Positions 47,867 to 59,410 of a stretch of DNA of 64,000 bases are shown here, piece by piece; within the stretch, counting starts at the first letter, position 1, and each line of letters starts with the position of its first letter. The position numbers were made by a program, and so were the translations under genes. The notes below the pieces were generated by a model. It worked only from the letters and a program-made list of their open reading frames with translations. It had not been told where the DNA came from and searched no databases. The stretch spans positions 558,001 to 622,000 of the forward strand of contig NW_027191415.1 of assembly GCF_041146345.1 (NCBI RefSeq). Direction: 5' to 3'. Origin of the DNA: Neodothiora populina (taxonomy: Eukaryota).

Positions 47867-49375
47867 ATGGCTCCCCGTAGTGAAGCTGCGGCTCAGAACC
47901 ACGAACACGCGCAGAAACTAGACAAAAGTACACCTACGACAAGCAGCCTACTTGGAAGATCGGAGACCCTGATAGAAAAGCTGGTGCCACCATTTTCCGG
48001 TGGTATGTTGTTGATGTTGTATGGCTTCCTGCTCATCTTAGTGGCCAGCGCTGAGATTGAGGGTGGCACATCTACTGAGGTGTTCTACTTAAGTATGGGC
48101 CGTGTAATCTTTCTGGCTTTTCATGTGGCCTTCGCGCTGTATGCGCTGTATGTATATCTGAAATATCCAAGTCCAGCCAGTGTTAAGGAACACATATCAA
48201 GCATAAAGCGGTTTATCAGGGCTCAGACATGGCTCGAGACGAACGGAGTGACCAACGAGCACGTTGATGATAACACTGAACATGTTGCCGGCATTACTGA
48301 GCAGAGCAGAGTGACCAATGGGCTCGTTGAAGACATCACTGAACAGGTCATCGGCATTACTGAGCAGAGCAGAGTCCTCAGAGGCGCCGCAGCAGATCAC
48401 GCCTCCGGGAACGAGCGTCTGCACACTACTGAGCCGGGCCACGTTAGATTGTACTCCCCTCGCAGTGCTTACATGGATACAGAGGCAGACGAAAAAGCTG
48501 CATTTGTCGCAAGAGTGAAGGAGCTTATCGCAGAGAACGCTTCGTTACAGACTGAAATTAACACAATGAGCAGAGACGTCACCAAAGTACACGAATACAA
48601 CGCAACAATGGCCTTTCGCTTACTACAGGCTCGAACCCAAGCCAGAGTCCCGGACGAGACTCGCACTCAGGAGACTCGTCTCAATGCTGAGATCACGTCA
48701 CTGCGTAGTCTTGTCGTGTCGCAAACTTCTCGACTTACTAGGTTCCAGCGTATGTTCGAATTCTTCCAGCTGCAAATGCGAATGTTCAAAGCTTCTACCA
48801 ATGAGCAAGAAGCGCAGATCCTCGGACCCACTAAGCAAAACGATGTTCTTGCCCATGAGTGTACTAGTTCAAGAGAAAGTTCGGAGAACGCTACGAAAGA
48901 GAATAGAAGGCTAGTAGAAAAAGTGGAAGAGGGGAAACGCGAGATCACCCAGCAATATAGCGTCGTTTGTGCTTTGGAGCAGAGTATACGTTCACTCGAG
49001 AAAAAAGTCGAACTGGCCGCGGCTCGAGCTGAGCTTATCAAAGTTGTTGCGCTCAGGGAAGAGCCTTCAGACGTTCAAAAACGATCGCTGCGCAAGTTAC
49101 AGGACCAGCTTGATGAAGCACTTCAACCGAGAACCCAGGCCATAGGGTCGGCAGAGTCCGGGGTCAGTCCCGGCGGTTATTTACATATCGAATACGCTGT
49201 AGGAGACAGTGATGTAACTTTCGCAACTACAGTCCATCGCATCATCACACAACAAGGGACTCTAGATGCCGCACACAGGATTCAACAGAAGGCCGATGCA
49301 GCAACCATTGAAGGCTTGCGTGCAGACTTGCGCGTCCTCGAGGACGAGAAGAATACTCTTAGGAGGCATCAATGA
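47867..49375 (+). CDS. Orphan protein with 2 N-terminal TM helices, a 21-aa tandem repeat and a long coiled coil
   Basis: About 500-codon ORF; hydrophobic segments MLLMLYGFLLILVA and VIFLAFHVAFALYALYVYL; heptad-rich C-terminal half; no family recognised. Confidence 0.62.
   Translation: MAPRSEAAAQNHEHAQKLDKSTPTTSSLLGRSETLIEKLVPPFSGGMLLMLYGFLLILVASAEIEGGTSTEVFYLSMGRVIFLAFHVAFALYALYVYLKYPSPASVKEHISSIKRFIRAQTWLETNGVTNEHVDDNTEHVAGITEQSRVTNGLVEDITEQVIGITEQSRVLRGAAADHASGNERLHTTEPGHVRLYSPRSAYMDTEADEKAAFVARVKELIAENASLQTEINTMSRDVTKVHEYNATMAFRLLQARTQARVPDETRTQETRLNAEITSLRSLVVSQTSRLTRFQRMFEFFQLQMRMFKASTNEQEAQILGPTKQNDVLAHECTSSRESSENATKENRRLVEKVEEGKREITQQYSVVCALEQSIRSLEKKVELAAARAELIKVVALREEPSDVQKRSLRKLQDQLDEALQPRTQAIGSAESGVSPGGYLHIEYAVGDSDVTFATTVHRIITQQGTLDAAHRIQQKADAATIEGLRADLRVLEDEKNTLRRHQ
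48248..48373 (+). repeat. Two imperfect 63-bp in-frame tandem repeats
   Basis: GTGACCAA...GGCATTACTGAGCAGAGCAGA at 48248-48310 and 48311-48373. Confidence 0.9.
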
Positions 49376-52065
49376 ATGGGAACAAATCGACAAGAGCGAG
49401 ACTGGAGGCAGGATTGTGAGGGTACATTCCCAGTAGATTCAAGGTGGTCAGAATGAAGGCGGTGACCCTGTCCATGATATCTCGGAAGGCACGTACCAAG
49501 ATCGTGACGACGACTTAACATCAGACGTTATTGAGACCCCGTCTCGAGGCAATACCCAACAACCGCGACCGGCTGTCCAATTTGAAGATCATTTCGATGG
49601 GTCCTGGCCAATTGATTATGGAGTGGGTGAAATTGTTGAATTGAAGGGACGCACCGAGAGCTTAGAGGGCGAAGAATAACACACGGGCAAAGGTGATCGG
49701 CGCAGAGTACTGTCTTTTCAATACTCATATCATCATAGATAGTTATCATTCCACGTAGTCAATCCACTCATTTCGCACCAACAATGGCCAATTGTCGTAT
49801 TGATGATAGTAGCACCGCCTTGCCCGAGTCAGTGTGCAACGTCGGAAGGTGACCAAGTACAACACAAAAATCTATCGAGTATGTACCAGTACAACTCTCA
49901 CGTTTACATCGTCCGTGCAATGTTACACTACGAAAACTCTTTCGTGCAATCGATTGGACGGTGAACAACTCAGCGCCATCGGAGCGAGCTGAGTCAAGTC
50001 AATCAATACCATACAGTACAGCACATTCACACGGAACAGCTGGCTATTATTTTACCATGATGCAAATCTGCTGTCTCCGACTCAACAAGCATTATGAAAA
50101 GCGGAGAAGCAATACCGGAGGAGCCTGTTCGAGATAATGAACGACAAGCAATTCGCTCGCAAACAAGGAACCAAAACCCCCCCAAATGCCGAAATATGTG
50201 GACCTGCTCGATGAGGTAGTGACGTGTGCGTGTCGCTTAGAGTAATGCTGTCTTGTACTTGATTGACGTTATGAGGTGAGTACGGTGGTAACTAAGTAGT
50301 CGAGAATGTTACATGCATGCATGCAATCCGAGTAAGAATACATGATGCGGAATTCCGCGTTGCGCGTGCAGCGCAGGACAAACAGTTCAGAGACACCAGA
50401 CACTAGATACCGGTTGCAATGGGTCATTTGTGTGGATAGTAGATGGTGGAGGGACAGGGTTATCATATCACTTGGGGAGCCGAGAATCTTCTTGTACGTA
50501 AGGGCACACATGCGATCAATAATCGGCATTGTTCATTCGTTGCTGGTAGTGGCTATCTGCCTATACTGCATAAGCAGTATTGCGGAGATCACGGTGGCAA
50601 TATAGTTGGGATGCCAAGTTCCAGGGTGAGTGGACTCTTCCCTGCTCAGCTAAGGGTGGCCACATGGAGTGAGAATTGTAAATCGAAGTACTACTACTGC
50701 AGCATTGACACAGAGAAACCAGGTTGAATGAACGGCAGTTCTCTATAACTCCACTTATGCTTTACCCACGCAGAGCCAGCCCTATAGAGTTTATCGAATA
50801 GGCATGCTTCGCATAACAGGTAGTATAAAGGATGGCAATTATAGCCTGAAATCGTCGATGTGGGTATGGATCTGGACTTGCATCTCATAAGGATTGCGGA
50901 TGCATCGCCGATGCTATGTATAGATCTGACAGATCCAGAGCCTCACAATGGAGAAGCGACTTCGATGAGGGGACGGTAAGAGACGAGACAAGCAAGGTGG
51001 CCACCCGTGCTGTATGATACCAAGGTAGACCCTCGACGTCCCATAACTCCATAATGTTAGTCGGGATAGGTCACGAGAACGAAACAGGCACTTCGGCATA
51101 TGAGCGACCGCCATGTTCGTGATCAATTGCCCATATCCACGACATGGGAATGTTTCAAAGGACGGCCACGCGCTCGACGGATGGACTGCATCTGGACAAA
51201 GCTCCGTGACAGGGATGCTATTGTCCTGCAGTGAACCGCTCGAACGTCTGGCGCTCCGCTACGCTAGACCAGCATCCAGACGTGAACGCAGAAAACTCCG
51301 CACGATCGACACTAGGGTCTACGATGCCGAGTTCATGTATTGTCTGCATTCGTGCACACTACGTTGCGTGGTTCGCTGTCGATCTGAGGTCGATGTCATT
51401 GGTTGTGATGCTGGAACATCACGCCTTGTTATTCCCCTGACCATTGAGAAATCGAATAGAGTACCCTACCCTGCTTCAAGCCAGTCTGCACTTGAATACT
51501 TGTCGGTTCTCTCCAACTCTGGACCACAGCTTGGTACACAGTAGCTCGTGAGCAACGATCGATATTACTGCCTTCCTCATTGTTTACGTCGTCCAGTGTG
51601 ATCGTTCGCACTGTAGCTCTTCTACCCGTCTACTCTGGGTTGACTTGATGTCGTCTTCAGAATGACATTACTTTTACCGCGGCCTCTAGGCATCATCTGG
51701 TGACACATGCTTCTGGCTCGCTCCGATCACACTTGCTGTACCTCGGCACATGCTCGGGCTGTCGGGCTACGGCCCTTATCGATAACATGTTATACGCAAT
51801 GGCTGACATCTTCACCCAATACAGGTATCATTCCCGCGCCGAACACGATAGCCTTGTTGACACAACCGCAATTATTGATATCCTACAACTTGTCTTTTAG
51901 CATTACGTTCATTTGTTCATACGTCGTTTTCCCTAGCAGTATAATTCACGCAAGTTCTGTGTAAGACGTAGAGGAAGACATCATCTGTGCACATAGGTTC
52001 TTAGTTCTTATCTTCAACCCTCCCTTATCACCCTCGGCTTTCATTCAAGAAACACACGATCAAGA

Positions 52066-52932
52066 ATGGCGACCCATGATGCGCCGCCCAGCGCTGCGCG
52101 GCGAAATGTGATTAAGACTCTGAAACACAGCGATCATATGCTCGTCCATCTCAGTCGCATTTTGGACAAGTCTTCAGGTACCGACAGTCTGCTACAGGTC
52201 ACCCAATATACCTTGATGGTGTTATACACGCAGCTGGAACGAGTCAGAGATAAGCGCATGCACAAGTTCTTCCTCGCTCTGATATACAGAGCGTCGAAAA
52301 CGCTTCTATCCGGCGAGACTGTGATAGCCACGCTGCCCTCACCGACCAGTCGTCTCGACAGCATCATCACGGGCAGCAAGAAGCTGTCTGGCATGATAAG
52401 CGATTTTCGAACCTTCACTCGCCTGTGGGGTTTACTAGGCATATACACATGGGCCAAGGCGACCTGGAACAAGCCGCCGGCAGACGGAGTGATCAGGACG
52501 ACGGTGTGGATCCAAGTCCTCGCCGGCGTGGGCTTCCAGTGGTACGAGAACCTGGCTTACCTGGCAGACAAGGGTGTGTTGCACGGCGAGAAATTCAACA
52601 GTCGAACGCGGGCGAGGTGGTGGGAGATCAGCTCGCGTTACTGGATGGCCCACTGTTTGCTCGAGGTGGTACGCCTGCTGCGACAACTGCAGTTGGACAA
52701 CAAGACAGCAACAGCAGCGGCGGCGACTACATCAGACGAAGCCGTGGCCAACACGACACGGAGTGCGGCAAGTGTGGATGCGTGGCGGAGAGCATTCGTT
52801 GTGAATGCAGCTTGGACGCCGATGACTGTACATTACAGCTGGGAGCAAGGATGCATAGACGACAAGTGGATCGGCATTTTAGGGCTTATAGCGAGCTGGA
52901 CGGGCTTCCGGCAGCTGTGGAAATCGACATGA
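52066..52932 (+). CDS. Pex11-family peroxisomal membrane protein (Pex11C-like)
   Basis: GTDSLLQVTQYT, ISDFRTFTRLWGLL, FQWYENLAYLADKGVL, SSRYWMAH, NAAWTPMTVHYS, C-terminal TM. Confidence 0.82.
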   Translation: MATHDAPPSAARRNVIKTLKHSDHMLVHLSRILDKSSGTDSLLQVTQYTLMVLYTQLERVRDKRMHKFFLALIYRASKTLLSGETVIATLPSPTSRLDSIITGSKKLSGMISDFRTFTRLWGLLGIYTWAKATWNKPPADGVIRTTVWIQVLAGVGFQWYENLAYLADKGVLHGEKFNSRTRARWWEISSRYWMAHCLLEVVRLLRQLQLDNKTATAAAATTSDEAVANTTRSAASVDAWRRAFVVNAAWTPMTVHYSWEQGCIDDKWIGILGLIASWTGFRQLWKST

Positions 52933-54184
52933 TGCGTCCGACCTGCAACAGCATTTACTGTTGGTGTTCTTTGTTGCATGGCTTGTAGCATTCGGTAATG
53001 TCGATTCCGAGCGCATTATAGGTGAACGGAGATGGAAATGGTGTTCAGCCGGCCAAGCAAGGCTTATGGATGTTCGGCACTATTTGTGACATTTGCCACT
53101 CACAAGAATAACGAAATAGATACATCATAGCGAGCTTTGACTTGTAATTATGTGTACGCTTATATATGTCGGATGAAACTCCGGTCGTTATACCACAAGA
53201 TAGACGGGGTATAATGCACTTTATTATCCTGTACCTATGCAGCAAGGCGGTAGGCCATGTAATACCAGTAGAATAGGTGAAGTGGGCGCCTAGGGCCCTT
53301 GCTTCGAGTATATAGCTGTGGAAAAGGAGTCATACGCGGCTGTGCGGCACTTCGGTAAAGGGGAAGAGCGGCTATAGTTGCTCAATAGCAACCACAACAC
53401 TCGTCAGGTTCAAACCAGATCGTGATACCTGATGTTGTAGTTTCGGCCATCTCTGAGCTGCACATCGACGATGAACAACGTCCGGCGGCCCTTCACACCG
53501 GAACGGGCTCCAGTTGTCGGCTTACGCCGCTTCAGTCCCGACAGGCCCTGATGAGCTACAATGACGAAGGTCATACACACCGATCTGGCGGAGAGCTTCG
53601 CCGCATCCGCGCTTGTCGCTCCTGTACGGAGCCAGGCCACTGGTCTCCTCAGCAGCGAAGAAAGTCGAACGCCACTAGCTTGCCAGCGGTAGTGCATGCT
53701 TGTCCGTGGCATGGGCCAGACCTGTTCATCGGAATTTACTCGTTCTTGGTGGGGCGTTTGATCTGGGAACTCATCGACGCCTTACCCACGGCGCCAGCAG
53801 TCTGCAACGTGTGTGCGTGGAATAGATAGAGAGAGCGAGAGCAAAGCCGCAGCTCTCACTGTACGTGTCCACTGTCCTCGGACTCGACACACAAGTCCTC
53901 CACCAGAACATTCAGGCCAGGGTCCACTTGTATATGGCAGCTTTCATGACCCCTAGCCGTATTGTTCTGAAGTGAGCGTAGCAGACGCAGGTTCCTCCCG
54001 CTATTCTTCTCTACTGTCTTGGTGGCTCTTCGTCCGCCAGGGGTGCGAAGAAAGTCCGGAAAGCTGTGATTGACAGGTTTGACTCGGGCAAGCAGCCGCA
54101 CGCTCGCATCTCCAGACTGATCAACGAGACGTCTTCGTTTGCGTCCTCTCCATCGCGCCCTACACCCCTCGCTGAGGGCAGGCG

Positions 54185-56593
54185 ATGTCTGCGGTAACCC
54201 CAAACGCCCTTGGTGATTCTTCTAGCGACCCATCTGCGTCCTCATCGCATAGTCAACTGCCGCGCAACGAACAGAAGAAGCGTCGCCAGGTCACCGTCGC
54301 TTGCAATGAGTGCCGCAAGAGGAAAGTGAAGGTAAGCAAGCACTCTGGCTCCTCCAGATGACGAATCGCTTTCTGACGCGAGTAGTGCGATGGGCTGAGA
54401 CCGTCCTGCACCCCATGCCACTCAAGGAACTTAGTGTGCTTTTACGAAGCAGATCCAGATGCGACCCCCATTGTGGCTCTCAAGCGCAAGTATGACCAGC
54501 TCCATCAACAATTGCAAGATTCCGAAGAGGTCCTCGACATGCTTAGATCACGGCCTGAGCATGAAGCAGCAGCCATCCTCCAGCGCATCAGAAGTAGAGA
54601 TCTTGCCTCCGCGCTAGCCACGATCCGAGATGGTGATATCCTCATGCCGCAACGTTCTTACCCATTGGGACATCCCGCACCGCGATCACGAGTGCCCACG
54701 GCAACCGAAACGGTCATCGATGCTCAGCGACCGACCTCGAGTTCTGCGCTGCAACCCATGGAGAGCGATATTCCCGATCCATTCACCGCAGATGGAGGGA
54801 CGGGCAACATTCACAGCGATATAAGCAGATTTGGACCCAAAAAGTATTCTGGCACAAAGGCGATCGCGGGAAGTAACGGCTGACAGTGCCTAGCCATAGC
54901 ATCCTGGATCGACCCGACTCCTCGGGTGACACGCGCCGCCTCTCGCAAGCAGTGAATGGACATTTCGCCAGAGAAATGGGTACTGGACCATGGTCACCAC
55001 GATCCCAGCAGCATACTCAATCCGAAGTCGTCTTGTACGATGATCGGTTGCGAGGAGTCAAGGCATCGAACTGGACGTCAGTGATCATCGAGGACACATG
55101 CTTCGCCAATATCATTTCGTCCTTCTTGATCTGGGACCACCCTCCCTGGAGATTGTTCGACGAGGACATGTTTATCGAAGACATGGTGACGGGGCGCACC
55201 AATTACTGCTCCAGACTTCTCGTGAATGCAGTCCTCGCATACGGCTGTGTGAGTCTCTCTAGAGAACGACATCGCCATATCAAACTGACGATTGCAACAG
55301 CAAAACTATGCTGCCGTTGACCCGTCGAAAGAAGCGCTTGGTTCTTTCTTCTTCGTCGAAGCCGACCAGCTGTGGCGTCTGGAAGAGGGAAAAGAGTCGC
55401 TCGCGTGCATAGCCGCGTCGGGCCTGCTGCATGGTTTACATACCTGTCGTGGCAAGGACAAGGTCGGGCTCACATATCTGGTACAAGGTGTACGGATGGC
55501 TCAGGACATGGGCTTGTTCCGCAAGAAGACTGCTGCCGAGATATATGATGTCAATCAACCTCAGCTGCGACATGGTCGCGCAGTAGTGGCTTGGGGACTG
55601 TATGCATACGTCGTGTATGTCTTGTCGTTGGTCGATTGTGAAATACCAGTACTGATCGGTTTCAGGTCGCATTCAATGTATATGCATCGGGATTCGTTGA
55701 TCAGGACACCACCGCCTGTGCCCATCCCGGGAGTGTACCCGATGCTGGAGTCAGTGCCGGTGCCAGTGTTTCGCGATTCATGGCAACTGTCAGAAACATT
55801 CGACGCCGCATGCAGACTCTGGGTCATCGTCAAAGACTTACTTCCCTTGTACTACAAGGAAGACGAGCCAATCCAGGCGGAGACGAATGGACTGACCGAA
55901 GCAGTGGTACTCTTACATCGACGTCTGCAGGACTGGGGCGATTCTCTGCCGCAGAAAGTGAGGATGACGGAAGATGCATTGCCGCATATAGTCAACCTAC
56001 AGTAAAGCGTTCCCTCCCCCCGAGATTGATCCTGGAGTACTGACGCATTCTTCAGCATGCAATACCATTGTGTCATTGCCGAGTTGTTCAGACCATTCAT
56101 TGGAATGACGCCTCAGGCTTCACCCAGAGTGTGCGCCGGTTTTCCGGATGGCCCGGCAACGATTTCCATGCAGCAATTACGGAGTCTGGTGTACCAGTAT
56201 ATATCGCGATACAGTACGCCACCGGTCTCTGTTACCGTACTCAGTAGCATCCTTTGCGTTGCATATGCTGCCATCATTCGTCTTAACGACCAAGAATGGA
56301 GGTTTGCCTTCAATCTATGCATCAGGTTCCTCGGAGAACTGGTCGAATACTTTCCGGTGTCTCGCTTCATCTTGCAGGGCATTTATCACTCGGCTGAGCG
56401 GACACGTACTGTAATGCCTCCAGAAGCAAGATCCGTGTTTGACTACTATAATGGCAAGATTAACAGGATACAAGCGCACGAAGTCGAAAGTTCATATCCT
56501 GTCGACCTCAACCTATTGCAAACCGATCTGGAGGCTGCTCGTTTGTCGAACCTCATCAGGGGTACTGGCGAGATCTCTTTGGAGGGTAATTGA
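54185..56593 (+). CDS. Zn(II)2Cys6 transcription factor with fungal TF middle homology region (NirA-like group); introns 54332-54385, 54844-54893, 55249-55300, 55615-55665, 56002-56055
   Basis: Spliced KRRQVTVACNECRKRKVK|CDGLRPSCTPCHSRNLVCFY, coiled coil ALKRKYDQL, MHR motifs WDHP..FDEDMF..D, YCSRLLVNAVLA, YPVDL. Confidence 0.88.
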
Positions 56594-59410
56594 TCCGTCC
56601 GGTGAGTGGCAGCTCGTAAAGAACAGGTCGGCAGCAAATATGGACTTTCGATGCGCGCAAACCGAGCCACGTGCCGATGCGCACCTCATGGAGTGCTTGC
56701 TCGCAATGCACAGCTCGTGAGCGTCACTACAAGATGAATTATAAGTCTCCGGATTACCGCCCTGGCAGATTGCTGGAACATCAGTGGTCGACGAGTGACT
56801 CGCAAGCCGCCAACAATGGGAGTGAGCCTGATCCAATATGACGACAGTCGACAGCACTCCAGGAGATAAACGACCTGGGATATGTGTTTGAGGTTGCTGG
56901 ACGACGTCGACGTGACCGGATCCAGTAAAGGTGTATTCCATGCCTTGGCTGAGGGCTTCGCTGGACTCTGATCGAAGATGTGTTCTTTGACGGACGATCT
57001 ATAGCAACGCCACTCTGCTCAACGGAAGCACAGTGAGATTTGAACGGCCAGGGACAGTCCACGAGCGATGTTATAACTCGTCGAAAGGCATTGATATCCA
57101 AGGGAAGGAGCAACCGCACACTGCTGCGAAATGCGATCGGTAAGAGCCACACTTAAAATTCCGAAGGCTAGTGAGCACCGAGTGATGTTTGATCCATATT
57201 GGAGTCGATAAAGGCTGCGGTATGTTCGCATCGTCGTATCAGCCATCACGTATAGTCGGTCGTCATCGTTTCGAATCCAAAAGCTCCAGAGCCGGTAGCT
57301 CACTTTTCCTCGTCCTCGCACCCTTTCATGCTGTAGTCAGACGTGATTATTGGCCCCCCTGCCCGCGTTCCCAGCATAGCACTCTGGTGTCAGCAGTGAT
57401 GTGTGGCGATACTGGCATGTAATGAGATAGCGACAGGACATGGGGGTTTTTCAAAGGGACGCGCGCGTCATCATCAGGATCAATTGAGAATCAAAGAAGG
57501 TCTTTGCTGCTAATGCCACTGTCGAACAAGGCATGCATACCCCAGATGCTCACCATAATCCTAGGGGCTTTTTCGACAGACTGGACCATTCGACGAGGAA
57601 TCAAAACGGGAGAGCAAGTTCGAGAGGTGTGACTCAAATGGTGAGTCCACGCAAGGAGCCGTGTGGGTCCTATATGACCGAGCCTCACTCTTCCGTGGCC
57701 ACGGGCAAAGCTCCGACGCCCGAGTATGTCTTTCGGATTATGCCCCTAACCAATCATGCTTAGGCCGTCTACCCTTTTCACTGGTATCCGTCTACCATTC
57801 TTATATCTTAACCGTCTGTCACTTGTCAAATTTCACCTTTTCTGAAGCAAACCTGGATATTCTCCAAGTCAGCGGCATAGTTCATGGTGGGTTGGACGGT
57901 GATGGATTAATAATTGTTTCTCGTCGATCACTTGTGAATTTCTTCTTCCTTTTACAAACCCTATCTATCCATTATGTTCCTACTCGCTCATATACCTAAG
58001 GATGCACAATACGAGGTCTTCGTAGCCTCATCGCTTGGCGTCCAGAATATAGCAGCAGCAGCAGCAGCAGCATTCGTGAAAGAACATCTCCCTCTCCTTT
58101 CTTTCCGCTACACCGTCGTCTATAAGGCACCGGGGCTGAACGGCTGCGCGGTTCACCGCCCTCCAAGACTGTCCAAGATATTTCACATGGCCGGTTCGCT
58201 TTCCCCCGTTCTCTATCCATCTTCATTCACAAAAGCTGCATAACGTATGGTATGCAGATCAAGTCAAGTCGGAGCATTGAGTTTCTTTCACCACAAAAGG
58301 GCATCACACATACTATGCCATTGAGACCCCATGCCGTCAATTGTGCTATATGTACCTATTGTTCTAGTTCTATTGTCTTCGCATCCCTGAACCCTCAGAC
58401 AAGACCTTCGTCGAGTAGACATTGCTGTTCGAGTAAGGGCGTCGGCGCAAGGAAGTCTCGATCTCGAAGTCGATTTCATATTTCTTTGATACCTTATGCG
58501 GCTTTCATTTATCAAGCCACTCATCATCCTGATGTCTGCGGACGACACCACTTCTGTTGTTAACGCACCACATCATGTTCCTAGTTGTCGTCGATCCCTG
58601 TATCAAACCTTTTGTGGATTAGGAAGCCCTCGGGAAAACTACATGTCTTATGCACTTTCAAGTCCAAAGCACTCCTTTGATCGACTCGACACGCAGAGTA
58701 CAAAGTATTTGACATGTATAATCGTCACTCACAACCAACCCTCCATAATCGAGCCCTTATAATTATCAATACACATTCCCCCTTAAGTGCACCATTCCCT
58801 CCTCGGAGAATTGCGTTTACTGGTTTGCCAGACTGACGTATCAGACGTCGTCTGCAGACCGCTCTCCAACGAGATGCGGTGGAATATCAATCAAGTGGCA
58901 ACAGCGAACAGGAACGGGTCGTTCATGACGGATAGCTGAGGGCAGGCAAGGAGGTGAGGTGTGGTCTACAAGTGTATGTGTACAATGTACAACGTGTGAC
59001 TTTGTGTCAGGTTTGCAGGAGCAAGAGGAGGTGGGAGGATTTGGATTTGTGTTGAGACTCGTTATAGGTGTTATGGGTGAAAGTGGGAGGCTGTGAGTTG
59101 AGGATTGAGTGAAAGAGTGGGTGGAAGAATGGATGATGAATGCGTGAATGAACAAATGGATGAGCGGACTGGTTGACTAGCTGCTTAAGTAGTCTTCTCC
59201 CTCTGTCCCTCGCATCTCTTTCGATTCACTTGGTCATTATCAGGATCAATCAAGAAGGGCTTTTGTCGTTACATAATTTACTTGTTGAGCCATTGTATTA
59301 ACTATTCATTCTACAAGTTATACTACATATACACTAATTCCGTCTAGGCTTATGTGGGAAATGCCACCTCCTCTAGTCGACTCGTCTTTTCGCCAAAAAC
59401 CATTGCTTCA

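Noticed and set aside
49400..52000. Possible transposon or RIP relic
   Set aside because: No terminal repeats, transposase/RT motifs or strong TpA skew visible by eye.
57974..58243. 89-aa ORF with poly-Ala
   Set aside because: Driven by a (GCA)n microsatellite; no signal peptide, family motif or codon bias.
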